NCBI GenBank assembly: GCA_009602735.1
Contig: WELA01002099.1
Span: forward strand, 35,904-99,903
Length of the DNA: 64,000 nucleotides
Reading direction: 5' to 3'
From: Mesotaenium endlicherianum
Taxonomy: Eukaryota
A program made the translations under genes and the position numbers. A model generated the notes under the pieces. It made no database searches and had not been told where the DNA came from. It was given only the letters and a program-made list of their open reading frames with translations. Every line of letters begins with the position of its first letter. Position 1 is the first letter of the stretch. Positions 48,546 to 60,667 of the stretch are shown here, one piece after another.

Positions 48546-49884
48546 GGAACGTCGATGTTGAAATTCTTCACATGTATGACCTCAAAGGATGGGGGCCAGT
48601 CAGCAGGGGTAGATAGGAGGAGGGAGAAGCGAGGCCGCTTGAAGTTTTTGAGACCTCGGAAGGCACCTGGAGAAAGGAAGAGTTTCCTTAGAGTACCGAA
48701 CAAGGTCAAGAAAGAGGTAAAGAGCTCACGCTCAGCAGATGTGAGGATTACGCAAGCCCACTTGCAACAAGCGCGCGCAGGAGCCACCACCCCCCCATGC
48801 ATCCGCCCACCTATCCACACCCGCACATTCCACTCACCCGCTTGCGAGCTGCAGGGCCGTTGTCATCATCGCCGTTCGGAGCTTCCATGCCGGCATCTGG
48901 CTCCAGAATCGTGCCCCTCCACGGAGCACGCCCCATAACGCGTTTGACGACGAAGGCCGCAAGCTGCGGCAGCAGCCCTGCCGCATGACCGAGCCTCTCC
49001 CGCTTCTGCTCCTGCCACTGCTGCTGCCGGGAGTTTGATGGAACTGTATGCATCTTCTCCTCCTCCTGCTGCTGCTGCAGTCACAGCATGCGATTCGACA
49101 GCGAAAGTTGCGAGAGATCCAAGCTGATGACAGAACTTTTGAAGGATGGGAAAATAAGCACGGCCTAAAGAAGCCAAGCGACGGCAGAGTAGTAAACAGC
49201 AGTATGAGAGGCAAGGAAGAGCATTGGACCAAATCAAGAGCATTGTCCCAACCTCGTGTAAGGAACACTGTAGTGGTCACGTTCCTTGTGCCTTTTAAGT
49301 GTTGCCGCTTGTTGTTTACAAGAATGTATTTGAGTGTGTGTGTGTGTTCGCCGGGCCCAATGCAGCTTGAGAAGATGATGTGGGACACACTTCCCACTCA
49401 AAATATGCATGAGCGTTGAGAGAGTACCTCAGCAAGCAAAACAGGGCTGCGAGTGGCAGGACCGTTTTTGACAGGCAAATTAGCCTCTGCGCTCTCTGCC
49501 TAAGGCAGACCAGTAGCCTTCTCCTGTGCAGCTGCGTGTAGATACTGACCCAGCCAATGGCCACAGAAGAGACAAGGGTCGTACAATCATTTCGCGTGCA
49601 GACTCTACTGACAAGCTCCCGTGTGAGCACGCATAGAATACAGGCCACTATGACGCCCACAAGACTTGTTTACCCTTTGATCTTTACTTACACACATAAA
49701 TGCAAAAGACGAGAAAGTTGAAGCTGTCAGTGCATCCCGAGCCGTGGTCTCTCTATCCCCCCTCCCCCCCTACAAAAAACAAACTAGTATCACATATTCA
49801 GCTAGATGATATAGCATATGTTCTTTTCCTCAGTCAATGACTGGCAAGTGGCACTCGACCTTTCAAGAATCAATCAGCTAGCAT

Positions 49885-51169
49885 TATTTTGAGCCTTTAG
49901 GAAGCACCCTCTTAGACAAAGAGGTCACACGAGTAGAACAATGGGAGAAAAAGCAACTAAAGCACATAGAGATTTCTAAGTGCACTATAGTATTAGATGG
50001 GTGGACACACACATCAGGCCATCCCCTCTTGAATGTCCTTAGAGTGTCTCGTGGTGTTGAGTTGTTCATGGACTCCGTTAATACTGAGGGCGAGAAGAAG
50101 ACCGGTGAGTACATTGCTAAGTTCATTATTGAAGCCGTGAAGAAAGTGGGTCCTGAAAATGTTGTGCAAGTATGCACAAAAATAGCTGCCGATTGTGTCA
50201 AGGCAGGTGAGTTGGTACAAGAGGAGTTCCTTGACATTTTTAGAATTCCTTGTGCGGCCCATTGCATAGATCTGCTTCTCAAAGACCTAGGGAAAATTCA
50301 GGACTTAGAAGAGATTGTAGATAAATTGAAGGGCCTAGTCCAGTTTGTGACTACTCACCACATGCCTCATGCTATTTACCGTCAGCATGCAAAGAGGCTC
50401 AATAATGTGTTAAAGTTGCTGAAGCCTGCACCCATCAGATTTGCAAGTAGCTTTCTATGCTTGCAAAGATTGTATGAAGTTAGAGACACCTTGCAAGCTA
50501 TGGTAGCTGGTAGTTATTGGCTTGAGTGGTCCGCTAAGAATGGGTGTGCAAATGAGACTACGAGGATTCGAGACATCAGTCAGAAAGACAGTATGTGGGA
50601 GAGATTGAAAGTGTGGGTAAATGTTTGTGAGCCAATAGTTGTACTTCTTCGTCTTGTTGACTCTCCCGAGCCAGCATTAGGCAAGATCTGGGCCAGGATG
50701 TCTGCAATTCAAGAGCACGTCAACAATGCCCCCGGTCTAAAAGACGCTCAGATAGCCAAGGCTGCCAAGGAAGTTGCCGCGCGTTAGCAACAACTACACT
50801 TCCACCGGTAGGTTGTTATTTGTCATATTTGTCTTCACCCTTCCCGATAGGCATGTTGTTGAACTTGATTTGCTGCTTTGTTTTCTTGCATGTCCTTGTG
50901 TGTCATGTTCCCTCTCTCTCATCTCTCTCAATGCTCTTCTCTCTCTCGCACTCTCTCTCTCTCTATGGAAATTATTGAATATATTTGTCATTGATGTTCA
51001 TGTTTTGTTTAGCTCTTGTGCAGGCTACTACATGGATCCAAAGTTTCAAGACCATGATTCTTGGGCCAGCGATAGTTCTCTCTTGAGGGACCATTTGCTA
51101 GTGACAAGTGTGCCAGAAGCTTGTTGGAAAGGGGACTTTGCTAAGAGCTCAAGTTGACAAGGAGCTGAG
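49885..51169 (+). pseudogene. hAT-superfamily (DUF659-type) transposase remnant, truncated by the family B LTR
   Basis: CTIVLDGWT...LLNVL, KTGEYIA...VGPENVVQVCT, IPCAAHCIDLLLKDLGK and LLKPAPIRFAS..LCLQRL. A stop at 50785-50787 and an apparent intron precede AGYYMDPKF. Confidence 0.88.
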
Positions 51170-51963
51170 TGTAATGAATCAGTATATTGGTTGAATCAGT
51201 ATATTGGTTGAATATAACAGTTAAATTAGTTCAGCCTGCTGAACTCTAGTTAATAATCAGTCTGCTGGACTTTATATTTAATATCAGTTTAATGACTCAG
51301 CCGAAAGCAGCAGGCTGAAGTTGGCTTAAGTCAGCTTGCTGACACATTCTTTGACAGCCAGCTGACTTCCGTACTCGGTAGCAGCGAACTGCCTCGATAT
51401 GCATCTAAGTGTGGTATGCTAGATGAATGGCCAGATGACATCCCTATGATGGATGGCGATTCGGGATGATGGGAGATGGCGGTGGATTTGGTTAACCGAG
51501 GTCCTACCAACGTGGTTAACTCCCGGGTAGGCGGTGCCATCGCACTGACCGTTGAACAGTAAACTCATTCCATGTACATATGCTAGGCATTGCTCTCGAG
51601 TTTGGCATTCGGAAACGAGGCCAACTCTCTTGTACAGCTTACTGAGAGAGATCTGAATCCAAGGCGAGAAGCCATTGATACGCACTGTCTTCTAACCTTG
51701 CTTATGTATGAGTTTACTGATTTCATTATTGATGCTAGTTTACTTGCATTTGATTCACGAGTGTTGTTCACTGCTAGTGTGTTGTCCTTTTGCCGTTTAA
51801 TTAGTTAACGGAAAATCCATAAAGATTACTTGCTGATATAAAGATCTTTATGAATTGTTAATCGCCTATTTGGTAAGTCGATTCATTTCACTGGTATCGG
51901 AGCAGTTATCACAGTCTTCTTTGTATGGTAAGGACAAGGTCTCAAACTAGCAACTCCCGAGAC

Positions 51964-53387
51964 ATGGAGAACCAGGATAATGAGAATGTCGAAAACCAGG
52001 CGGAGAGCCATGTAGCGTGAACCCGTACCTATTCTGAAGCAGTGGCACATGCTGCAGCTAGAGAGGCTGCAGATGAGACAGCTGCTATTGCCGCAGTCGC
52101 AGCACAGCAAGCTGAGGAGGAGAGAGCCAGACTAGAAGTTGAACAATTAGCAATGGCCGCTGAAGATACAGAAAGGAGGGAAGGACAGCCAGCTGACGAG
52201 CGCACTATTGAAGAACTTATGGCATCAAGGGCTAACGTTCTGAACCCACCTCCTGCTGTACAACTCAATGTACCCCTAGGTCAAATACGTGACCGGCTGA
52301 ATGCGGCAGGAATTGCTGCTGCAGGAGCGAGAGGGACTGTTGAGGACACTACTCAGCGAGTAGATGCTAATGCTGCTGCGGCATTTGCTGGACTACCACC
52401 CCAGAGTGTAGACATGGGAGCATTGTTCGTTCACATGCAGTCGCAAATGGCGACCATGTATCAGTCCCAACAGGAGGAGAAAAGAATCATAATGTCTCTA
52501 CTGCGGGACAGAGGCCAATTGGGGTCTCAAACCACTAGTGGTGGTGGCCGAGGGCCTAGTAAGCCCAAGCCGAAACCTCCCCAGGAATATGATCCTGAGG
52601 GAAACAGAAAATATTACCTGATCAAGTTTCTCGCGGATGTTGAGCAGTGGCTGGAGAACTACCCAGAACTGCAAGATTACGAGAAGGTCAGGCACACCGG
52701 TGCGCTACTGAAAGGCAGTGCCGCAGACTGGTGGCTTTACTGGAAGGAAGAGCGTAAGGCTCGGCAACTCGGTGACCCTACGTGGGTAGAGTTTGTCGAG
52801 AAGTTGCATGAGAAGTTTGATGTCATCAACCAGCAGAAGAAAGCTATCTATGCGATGATCTCCCTGACACTGAAGCAGACCACTTCAGTTGCTGAGTTTG
52901 CTCAAAAGTTCCTGGAGAACATGATGAAACAGCCAGACTTGCCAGATCGATATAGGATAGCATACTTCAAGTGTGGCTTGAAATCCGAAGTCTCTGGTCA
53001 TTTCGCTAAGAAGAAGTATGAGAAACTGGCTGACTTGATCTAGGATGCTGACGCCTGGGATCAGCAGCAGTTCAATCACAAGCGCCAGAGTAATGCTTTG
53101 GTGTCTAAGATTGTCAAAAAGCCCCACGGTTCCTACAATGCAATTGAAGGAGACCAGGCTGAGGATAATCAGGGTGATGAATATGAGTATGAGTACAATG
53201 CTATTCAGTCTAGAGGTAGAGGTGGTTCCTCTCGAGGTGGCTATGGAAGGGGTGGTGGTAGGACTAAGCCGAGACCAGCCTCAGCAAAATCGATTTGCTT
53301 TCATTGCAAGCAGCCAGGTCACTTCAGAGAGCAGTGTCCAGTCAAGCACCTCCCAAAGGTCGAGAGAAAGACCAGCCTTTAAAAAAC
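51964..53387 (+). pseudogene. gag: Family B gag with in-frame stops (52018-52020, 53041-53043)
   Basis: PKPPQEYD...LLKGSAADWW...PTWVEFVEKLHEKF...LKQTTSVAEF...YFKCGLK, an RGG tract, and the knuckle CFHCKQPGHFREQC. Confidence 0.88.
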
Positions 53388-56300
53388 AGCAACAGTCAGT
53401 CATCCAGTCTACTGACTGTGAGGATGCTAGAGATAGTGAGTCGTCACTAGCTGCCCTTGTAGCAGGTATTATGGGTCCTGCTGAACTGGATTCACTATGC
53501 ATGCCTGACAACCAGATAAAGGAGACCATCAGCAATATAGACGTCCAGAGAGTGCACACTCTGGATGCTCTTGTTCCACCTGATGTCCAACATTTCTTTG
53601 CTAAGTCAGGAGAACAATGCGAAAGTCAGGAAAAGCCAGTCCCCCCTATCCTACTGCATTGCATGGTTGCAGGTAGGAAGGTGAGAGCATTTGTTGACGA
53701 AGGGGCGTCACATACCTTTATCCACAAGGACTTAGTTAAGCGGCTAAGGCTGCCTACTGTCACCCAAGGGAATAGAAAAATATTCCTTGGAGATGCCTCA
53801 AATATCCCGGGAGGAGTTGTAACCAAGCCTATTGAGGTCCAGTTAGGTTCTGGCATTGCAATTCTAAGTGAAACGCTTACATTTGAGGTACTCAACACTG
53901 GCTTTTATGATCTCGTGCTAGGCAGGTCCTGGCTTAGTAGACATCAAGCTGAGCAGATGTACAGTTAAAGTGAGAGGAGCCAGTGATGGGCAGACTGACT
54001 TGGCACCTACTAGTGCTCTTCCTCTTGTCCTGTGTGGATGGCAAATGAAGGAAAAGAAGAGGCTTCCAGAAGGATGTACGTTGCTGAATGCAATGGAGTT
54101 CGTCAAAAGCTGGAACCAAAAGGATGACAGAATGTTCTGTCTGCTGCTAAGAGAGGTACCTCCTCAACCTGAAGAAGTGGTTGAGAAAAAGGTAAGTCCT
54201 CCGGAGCACCCTACTGCTGCGAAAATTGTTGCTCAGTACACGGATGTATTTAATATGCCTCCAGGACTACTCCCTAAGCGGGAAGTAGATCATAAGATTG
54301 ATTTATTACCTGGTAGTCAGCCACCCTAGCAACGCACTTATGGCTTGTCTTATGTGGAGAGCGAGGAGTTGAAAACACAGATTGCAGAGCTTGAGGAAAA
54401 TGGTTATATTTCTCCCAGTAAATCACCTTACGGCGCACCCATCTTATTGTTCAGAAAAAAGATGGCAGTATGCGGATGTGTGTGGATTACAGAGCCCTGA
54501 ACAGAATTACGGTAAAGAACAAGTATGCCTTACCCAGAATCGAGGACTTGCTTGATATCCTGTCTGGTGCTAAGGTGTTCAGTAAGATAGATCTCAAGAG
54601 TGGTTATCATCAAATCAGAATTGCTGAGGGGGATGAACACAAGACTGCCTTCCGCACACGTTATGGACACTATGAGTTCAACGTGATGCCATTTGGACTA
54701 ACTAATGCTCCCGCTACCTTCATGGGTGCTATGAATGACATTTTCAGTCCTTATTTGGATAAGTTTGTGCAAGTTTTCCTGGATGATATTTTAATTTTCT
54801 CTAAAGATGAAGCTTCGCACACCGAACACTTAAAGAGTGTCCTAGACACTCTGCGGAAAAATCACTTGTATGCTAAAATGAGCAAGTGTGATTTCTTTAA
54901 GGAAAGTATTGAATTCTTAGGCCACGTTGTCAATAAAGAGGGCATTAGTGTGGATCCTAAGAAAGTCCAGACCATAAGGGACTGGCCGGTACCACAGTCT
55001 GTCTCTGAAGTTAGATCCTTCCTCGGGTTGGCTAACTACTATAGGAGATTTATAGAGAATTAGTCTATAAAGGTCAGTAAACTGACTGAACTCATTAAGA
55101 AAGACATTGGGTATGTGTGGGGGGAAGAGCAGCAGGCTGCCTTCTAGACCCTTAAAGATGCCATTTGTTCTGCCTCGGTGCTAGCCGTGTATGACCCCAG
55201 CAAACCGGTGCAGGTGGTCACTGATGCCTCTGACATTGCCATGGGAGCTATTTTGTTGCAGCCTGCTGACAAAACCACAAAGGATGGTAAGATACGGCAG
55301 GAGTGGCACCCAATGTCGTACGAGTCTATGAAATTTAATCCAGCGGAGATTAATTACTCAGTGCATGATAAGGAGCTGCTAACTATTATTCATGTGCTCA
55401 AACAGTGGAGAGCATACTTACATGGTAAAGCTTTTAAGGTGATTACAGATCATCTAGCTCTGACCCACTTTCAGAAGAAGTCCAAGCTGTCGAGGAGGGA
55501 GAACCGCTGGAGCCAGATGCTGGAGCAGTTCCAAGTCCAGATCGACTACAAACCAGGGAAGTTGAATCCTGCTGATGCACTCTCTAGAAGACCTGACTTG
55601 CAAGAAAGGAACTTTAGTCAGCATGCTGTAGATAAAGTCCTGTGTGCACTCACTTCACTAAAGGTGAAAAATTCCTTCCTTGAACAACTTAGGAAAGCCT
55701 ACCTTTCTGACCCAACATTTGAGCCCAGCCCCCCTACTGGTGTGTGTCGTGCTACTGCACTCAAGTATAAGCTTAAGGGAGGGGTCTGGGTGACTGAAAC
55801 CACTTCAGGCAGGCTGAAGCTGGTCATTCCTTATAACTTGGAAATAAGGTCTCTCTTACTGAGTCAAGCGCATGACAGTCTCCTGGGTGGACATTTGGGG
55901 CAGGCCAAAACAGTTGGCAAACTTGCAAAACATTATCATTGGGAGGGGTTACCCCGGGAGGTCTTGAAATATGTCAAGTCCTGTGACCACTGTCAGAGAA
56001 ATAAGTCTCGGCACACACCACCCGGAGGTCTCTTGCAACCACTGCCCATCCCAGCTGGACGCTGGGAAACTATATCCATGGACTGGGTGGTCTCACTCCC
56101 AAGAACTGCCAATGGGCATGATTCAATACTGGTAGTCGTTGATAAACTGACAAAAATGGTCATTTTTATCCCCACAACTGTCAAAGTGACTGCACTCGAA
56201 ATAGCGAGACAGTTGTACAACCATGTAGTCTGCCAACATGGGCTTCCTTCTAATATCATCTCAGACAGAGACTCAAAATTCACCTCTAAGTTCTGGAGAG

Positions 56301-57174
56301 CTTTAATGGGGTTAATGGGAGTCAAACAGCTGCTCAGCACATCAAACCACCCTCAAACTGATGGGCAGACTGAAAGAACTAACCGAGTTCTGCAGGGGGT
56401 GCTGAGAGCATATATTAACCAAAAACAAGATAATTGGGATGACCTGTTGCCTCAAATTCAGTTTGCGGTCAACAGTGCGGTGCACGCGTCAACGGGCAAG
56501 ACTCCTTTTGAACTCAGCCTGGGTAGAGTCCCTAAGTCTTCTTTAGATGTACTGGGGGAGTCGTTAACTGACCCTGAAGGGATTGACAATCCGATCTCCC
56601 TCCAGTTAACTCAGGAGTTTGCTGACACTGTCAGAAGTCCAACGAAACCTGCACAAAGCCCAAGAAAACCAACAAAAAATACGCTAATCAACACCGTCGG
56701 GAGCTGACATTTTCTGAAGGCGATTTAGTCAAACTGCATTCTCAGCACCTGTACCTCCCTGGTGTGGTCAAGAAAAAGCTTGGCCCTGTCTGGGTCGGTC
56801 CATATTCGGTAGTGCGTCGTATCCATCAGAATGCTTACAAACTGAACATGTCAGCGGACTACAAGGGTCACCCGGTCTTTAATGTCTCCTTCCTGGAACC
56901 CTACATCAAAGGTGATACACTGTTCACAGGTCGGTTACCTGTCCAACCGGGACCTGTCCCCGCTGTCCGAGACGGCGATCCTGAGGAATATGAGGTCGAG
57001 GAGATTTTAGACGCTCGCTCGGTCCATCGATCGTCTAAATATGTCATGAAGTACCTCATCCGATGGAAGGGTTACGATGCCTCTAGGGACACTTGGGAAT
57101 TTAAAGACCAGCTGACCAATGTCAAAGGGGCGTTGAAACGGTTCCACCTTCGGGCGGCTGGGGCACCGCCCTAA
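53381..57174 (+). pseudogene. pol: Family B pol (PR-RT-RNase H-INT-chromodomain) with several stops and frameshifts
   Basis: [94 protein letters not shown]...YLIRWKGY...TWE. Confidence 0.93.
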
Positions 57175-57439
57175 CTGTCCCTTAAGTGGACATGGGAAGG
57201 TGACAGGAGGTCCTGTCTCCATATAAGTTGGAGGGGGATGTGACAGTTAGTGACAGTTGTGACAAGCAACCCACCTTTAAAATTAAGTTGGAGGGAGTGG
57301 TATTCTCTGATCACCATATTACACACTCAACCTGCGCTCACACTCACTTGCTCTCTAACTCAATTTTCCCTTGTATTCACTCACACCAGGTATTCCACTC
57401 TAGGAACTCTCCCGATCGCGTTCCTCTTCATCAAGGGCA

Positions 57440-57988
57440 CTCAGTAGCGGCAAAATATCATGACTTCATTAACTGCATGTCAGCAAAAAAATTAAAATTA
57501 ATATTTATAAATTATATGTGGCGTATGAATTCTAAAAAAGTCTGTCTCTTCGCAAATACATTCTCTACTTTTCAATTCTTAATAGAAGCAATTTGCAAAA
57601 ATGCTTCGAAAAAAAAGAATTGAAATGGAGTTGAAAAACAAAGTAAGTGAACAATGCACTTAGAACAACTCGAACGACAGCGAACAAGCGAATCGGAGAA
57701 CTTGGCGTGCATGCGAACAAGATAACCTATAAAATTAGTTAAAATGGAAGTTTGTATCCAGAAGACTATCAAGAACAGTTTTTCTGCCCAGCACGTGTCA
57801 GAAAGAACGAACATGTACGACATGTACGACATTACGTTAACACTTCAAGTCCATGACTTTCTTTCAATTAAAAAAGTCATATTTAAATTTAAAAAAACGA
57901 ACTAACAAAACATGGCACAAAAAACAGCACGAACTATAGTGAACAAGCAAACAGCAAAAGTAAGAGTACATGCGAACGGCGTAACCCT
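57440..57988 (+). mobile_element. Probable right end of a hAT-like DNA transposon (subterminal repeats and TIR-like end)
   Basis: NCMSAKKLKLIFINY resembles the hAT C-terminal RNRL...LVFI..N segment. At least seven CGAAC motifs lie in 57671-57977. The region ends ...CGTAACCCT where family B sequence begins abruptly. No left TIR was found. Confidence 0.4.
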
Positions 57989-57989
57989 C

Positions 57990-58843
57990 CTTCAGAATAG
58001 GTACGGGCTTTTGCTACATGGCTTTTAGCCTGGTTTTTGACATTATCGCTAACCTGGTTCTCCATGTCTTGGGAGTTGCTAGTTTAAGAACTTGTCCTTA
58101 CCATACGAAGAAGACTGTGATAACTGCTCCGATACCACTGAAATGAATCAACTTACAAAGAGGCGATTAACAATTAATAAGATCTTTATATCAACAAGTG
58201 AGCTTAGGGAACTTTTTGTTCACTCATTCAAACAGCAAAGGACATCATACCAGCGGCATATAATTCTCACAAGTCAAATGCAAGTAAACGAGCATCAATT
58301 ATGCAAACAGTAAATACGTGCATAAGCAAGGTTAGAAGACAGTTGACATCAATGACTTCTCGCCTTGGATTGAAAGTTCTCTCAGTAAGCTGTACAAGAT
58401 AGTTGGTCTCGTTTCCAAATGCTGAACCCGAGAGCAATACCTAGCATATGTACATGGAATGAATTTACTGCATTCAACGGCAAGTGCGATGGCACCGCCT
58501 ATCGGGAGTAAACCACGTTGGTAGGACCTCGGTTAACCAAATTCACCGCCATGAATTGCCATCCATCCTAAGGATGTCATCTGGCCATCCATCTAGCATA
58601 TTACACTCAGATACATGTCTAGGCAATTCGCTGCTATCGAGTACGGAAGTCAGCTGGCTGTCAAAGAATGTGTCGACAAGCTGACCTTAGTTAACTTCAA
58701 CTTGCTGCTCCCGGCTGAGTCATTCAACTGATAATTATATAAAGTCCAACAAACTGAATGTTCACTAAAGTATAGCAGACTAAACTTAATTAACTATTAT
58801 ATTTAAATGAATATCATATCTACCAATATACTGATTTACTACA
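57990..58843 (-). mobile_element. Truncated second family B copy: 5' LTR 58843-58139, PBS 58137-58126, leader and first gag codons
   Basis: Reverse-complement match to ~51170-52040, more diverged than the other two family B LTRs. Confidence 0.9.
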
Positions 58844-58958
58844 AAACTCAAGTTGACTGGTTCAGGTGAACAAAAATTCCCAAGCAAATCAAAAATTGAG
58901 GCTTGTGAAGGTTGCCGTTGCTCAACCTGGAAGGGAATCCGGAGAAATTCAATTATAT

Positions 58959-59640
58959 ATGCGGTTGAGGAGTGGAAGGATCTACCATCCTGTGGAGCCT
59001 ATGAAAGGCTTTGATTCAAGCCAGAGTCCACAAAGAAGTGAGACGTCTAAGCGGTCTGACAACCCGTGGAGTGAGCGACTATCGGGAGATGAGTCTTGCC
59101 ATGTCTTTGCAAAAGGTGAGAATCCGTAAAGCGCGCGTTTCTTTGCACTTGATTTGGACAGTAAACTAGACGCGCGGGTAAGAGTCAGTGAGATTGGTCA
59201 CCTTTAGAGATGGCTGGTGATTATAGGAATGAAAATTTTAAGTTCAACTTATCTACAAAATATTTTAGTGGACAAACTAACGAAAACAGTCTCACTTTCG
59301 AAGAGTTTCATGAGATCCATTGGGCGGATTTCTTTGAGAAGATCCAAGAAGATGCCTCATACACACAGTTTGTTGCATTCATAAGTCTCGTTCAGTATTT
59401 GGACAAGGATGCCTTGGTAGTCTATCGCCAGTTCTAGAAATATGAGTACTTTACCCATAAATAGGCATTTAGAGAGCAAAAGAAGGCTAGGGATTCAAAA
59501 ATCTAGAAAGAGGCTGCAAAAGCCGATTATTAGCTTTGTCGTTAAAAAGGGCAATGCCTGCCGCACCTGTTGAGAGCGTAGAATCGGCTGCAGAAGTACA
59601 ATAATTTATCGAGGCCATGAGATCTTACAGAGGGTTAGCA
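58959..59640 (+). pseudogene. Degenerate retrotransposon gag-like fragment of a third family
   Basis: An MRLRSGR N-terminal motif and KYFSGQ...LVQYLDKDALVVYRQF resemble gag capsid. Multiple stops. Confidence 0.45.
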
Positions 59641-60667
59641 AAGGGCAGCCACTCAAAATAATGGCAAGAGACTTGTGGTTTGCAAGCTTGTCATATTCTT
59701 CATATTCTTGCGCCTACATATATATTCAAATGTCGCGTTCTATACTTTTTATTGAGCCACAAATGCGAGATTGCCAATCTAGGCGTACAACCTTGAACTA
59801 AAAGCTCGGTCCATTGTCTTGAATCTCTTATCAAGCCTTCGAAAGTTGAGCACTACTCATACTCTCGCAGTTTGATCCATTTCAAAAATTTCAATAAAAC
59901 TTACACACCAAGCTGCTCCTCCTTAAGCAATTTTCTCGTGCACTAGCAGTTTGAGCCCAATCAAATATTCAAAGAGGTTTACCATTCAAAATCTTCCTCC
60001 TTGACTAATTCTCATGCACTGGCAGTTTGAGATTGTTAAAGTTTTTCAATTAATGATACACATCATGTTATTTCCATACGATTTTTTATCATGTAAGAAA
60101 TTTTGGAAAACATGTCATGGCCATCAAGTTTGTATGCATGCAGTCCTAGGATTGCTTCTCATATCCTTTCAAGAGGATTCTTTTCAATTATTTAGGACAT
60201 TTACTTTGCTCTCATGCAAAAAACCTGTGTGTCCGACACCTACTGCGCTCATGTGTTACCTATGAGACACTCTTGCAATCCCTCAAACTCCACATCCTTA
60301 TATTACATTGCTCTGCACCCTGTGTAACCTCCTTATCTGCCTTTTTCTATCAAGCACAAATTTTGCCATCTAGTCACTCCCCGTAAGGTTATGAAAGTGT
60401 ACTTTGTATATCTCTAGCATTTTATATACATAGAGTATGATCTTAGTATTTCAAGTTGTTTGGATAAGTATTGAGAAATTTATGGATTTTGAGAGTTTGT
60501 AGTGAGTTTTAAATGTCACAGCTTCAATGTAGTGACAAATACAGGTGCAGTGTCGAATATTTTGGTTAAAGTTCAGGGAGTACGCACCAAATTATGATGG
60601 TGCCTGAAACTACGATTAATTACGTAAAGAGCCAAAGTGATTGTGGAAGTTCTAGAAGCTACGTGAG

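Larger units (their letters stand above)
51170..57238 (+). mobile_element. Ty3/Gypsy chromovirus (family B), degenerate: 5' LTR 51170-51890, PBS 51892-51903, gag-pol, PPT 57225-57238; no matching 3' LTR
   Basis: TG...CA LTR, PBS TGGTATCGGAGC and a complete internal domain order. The sequence after the PPT begins TGTGACAG and does not match the 5' LTR. Confidence 0.92.

Noticed and set aside
53377..53382. +1 shifty-stop (CTT TAA) gag-pol recoding in family B
   Set aside because: The adjacent canonical -1 heptamers plus pseudoknot fit the pol frame better, and this copy has many other lesions.
51165..58848. Single DIRS-like or TIR element bounded by the inverted family B LTRs
   Set aside because: There is no shared TSD, each LTR has its own PBS and gag start, and the internal enzyme is a DDE integrase. 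Two independent insertions explain it.
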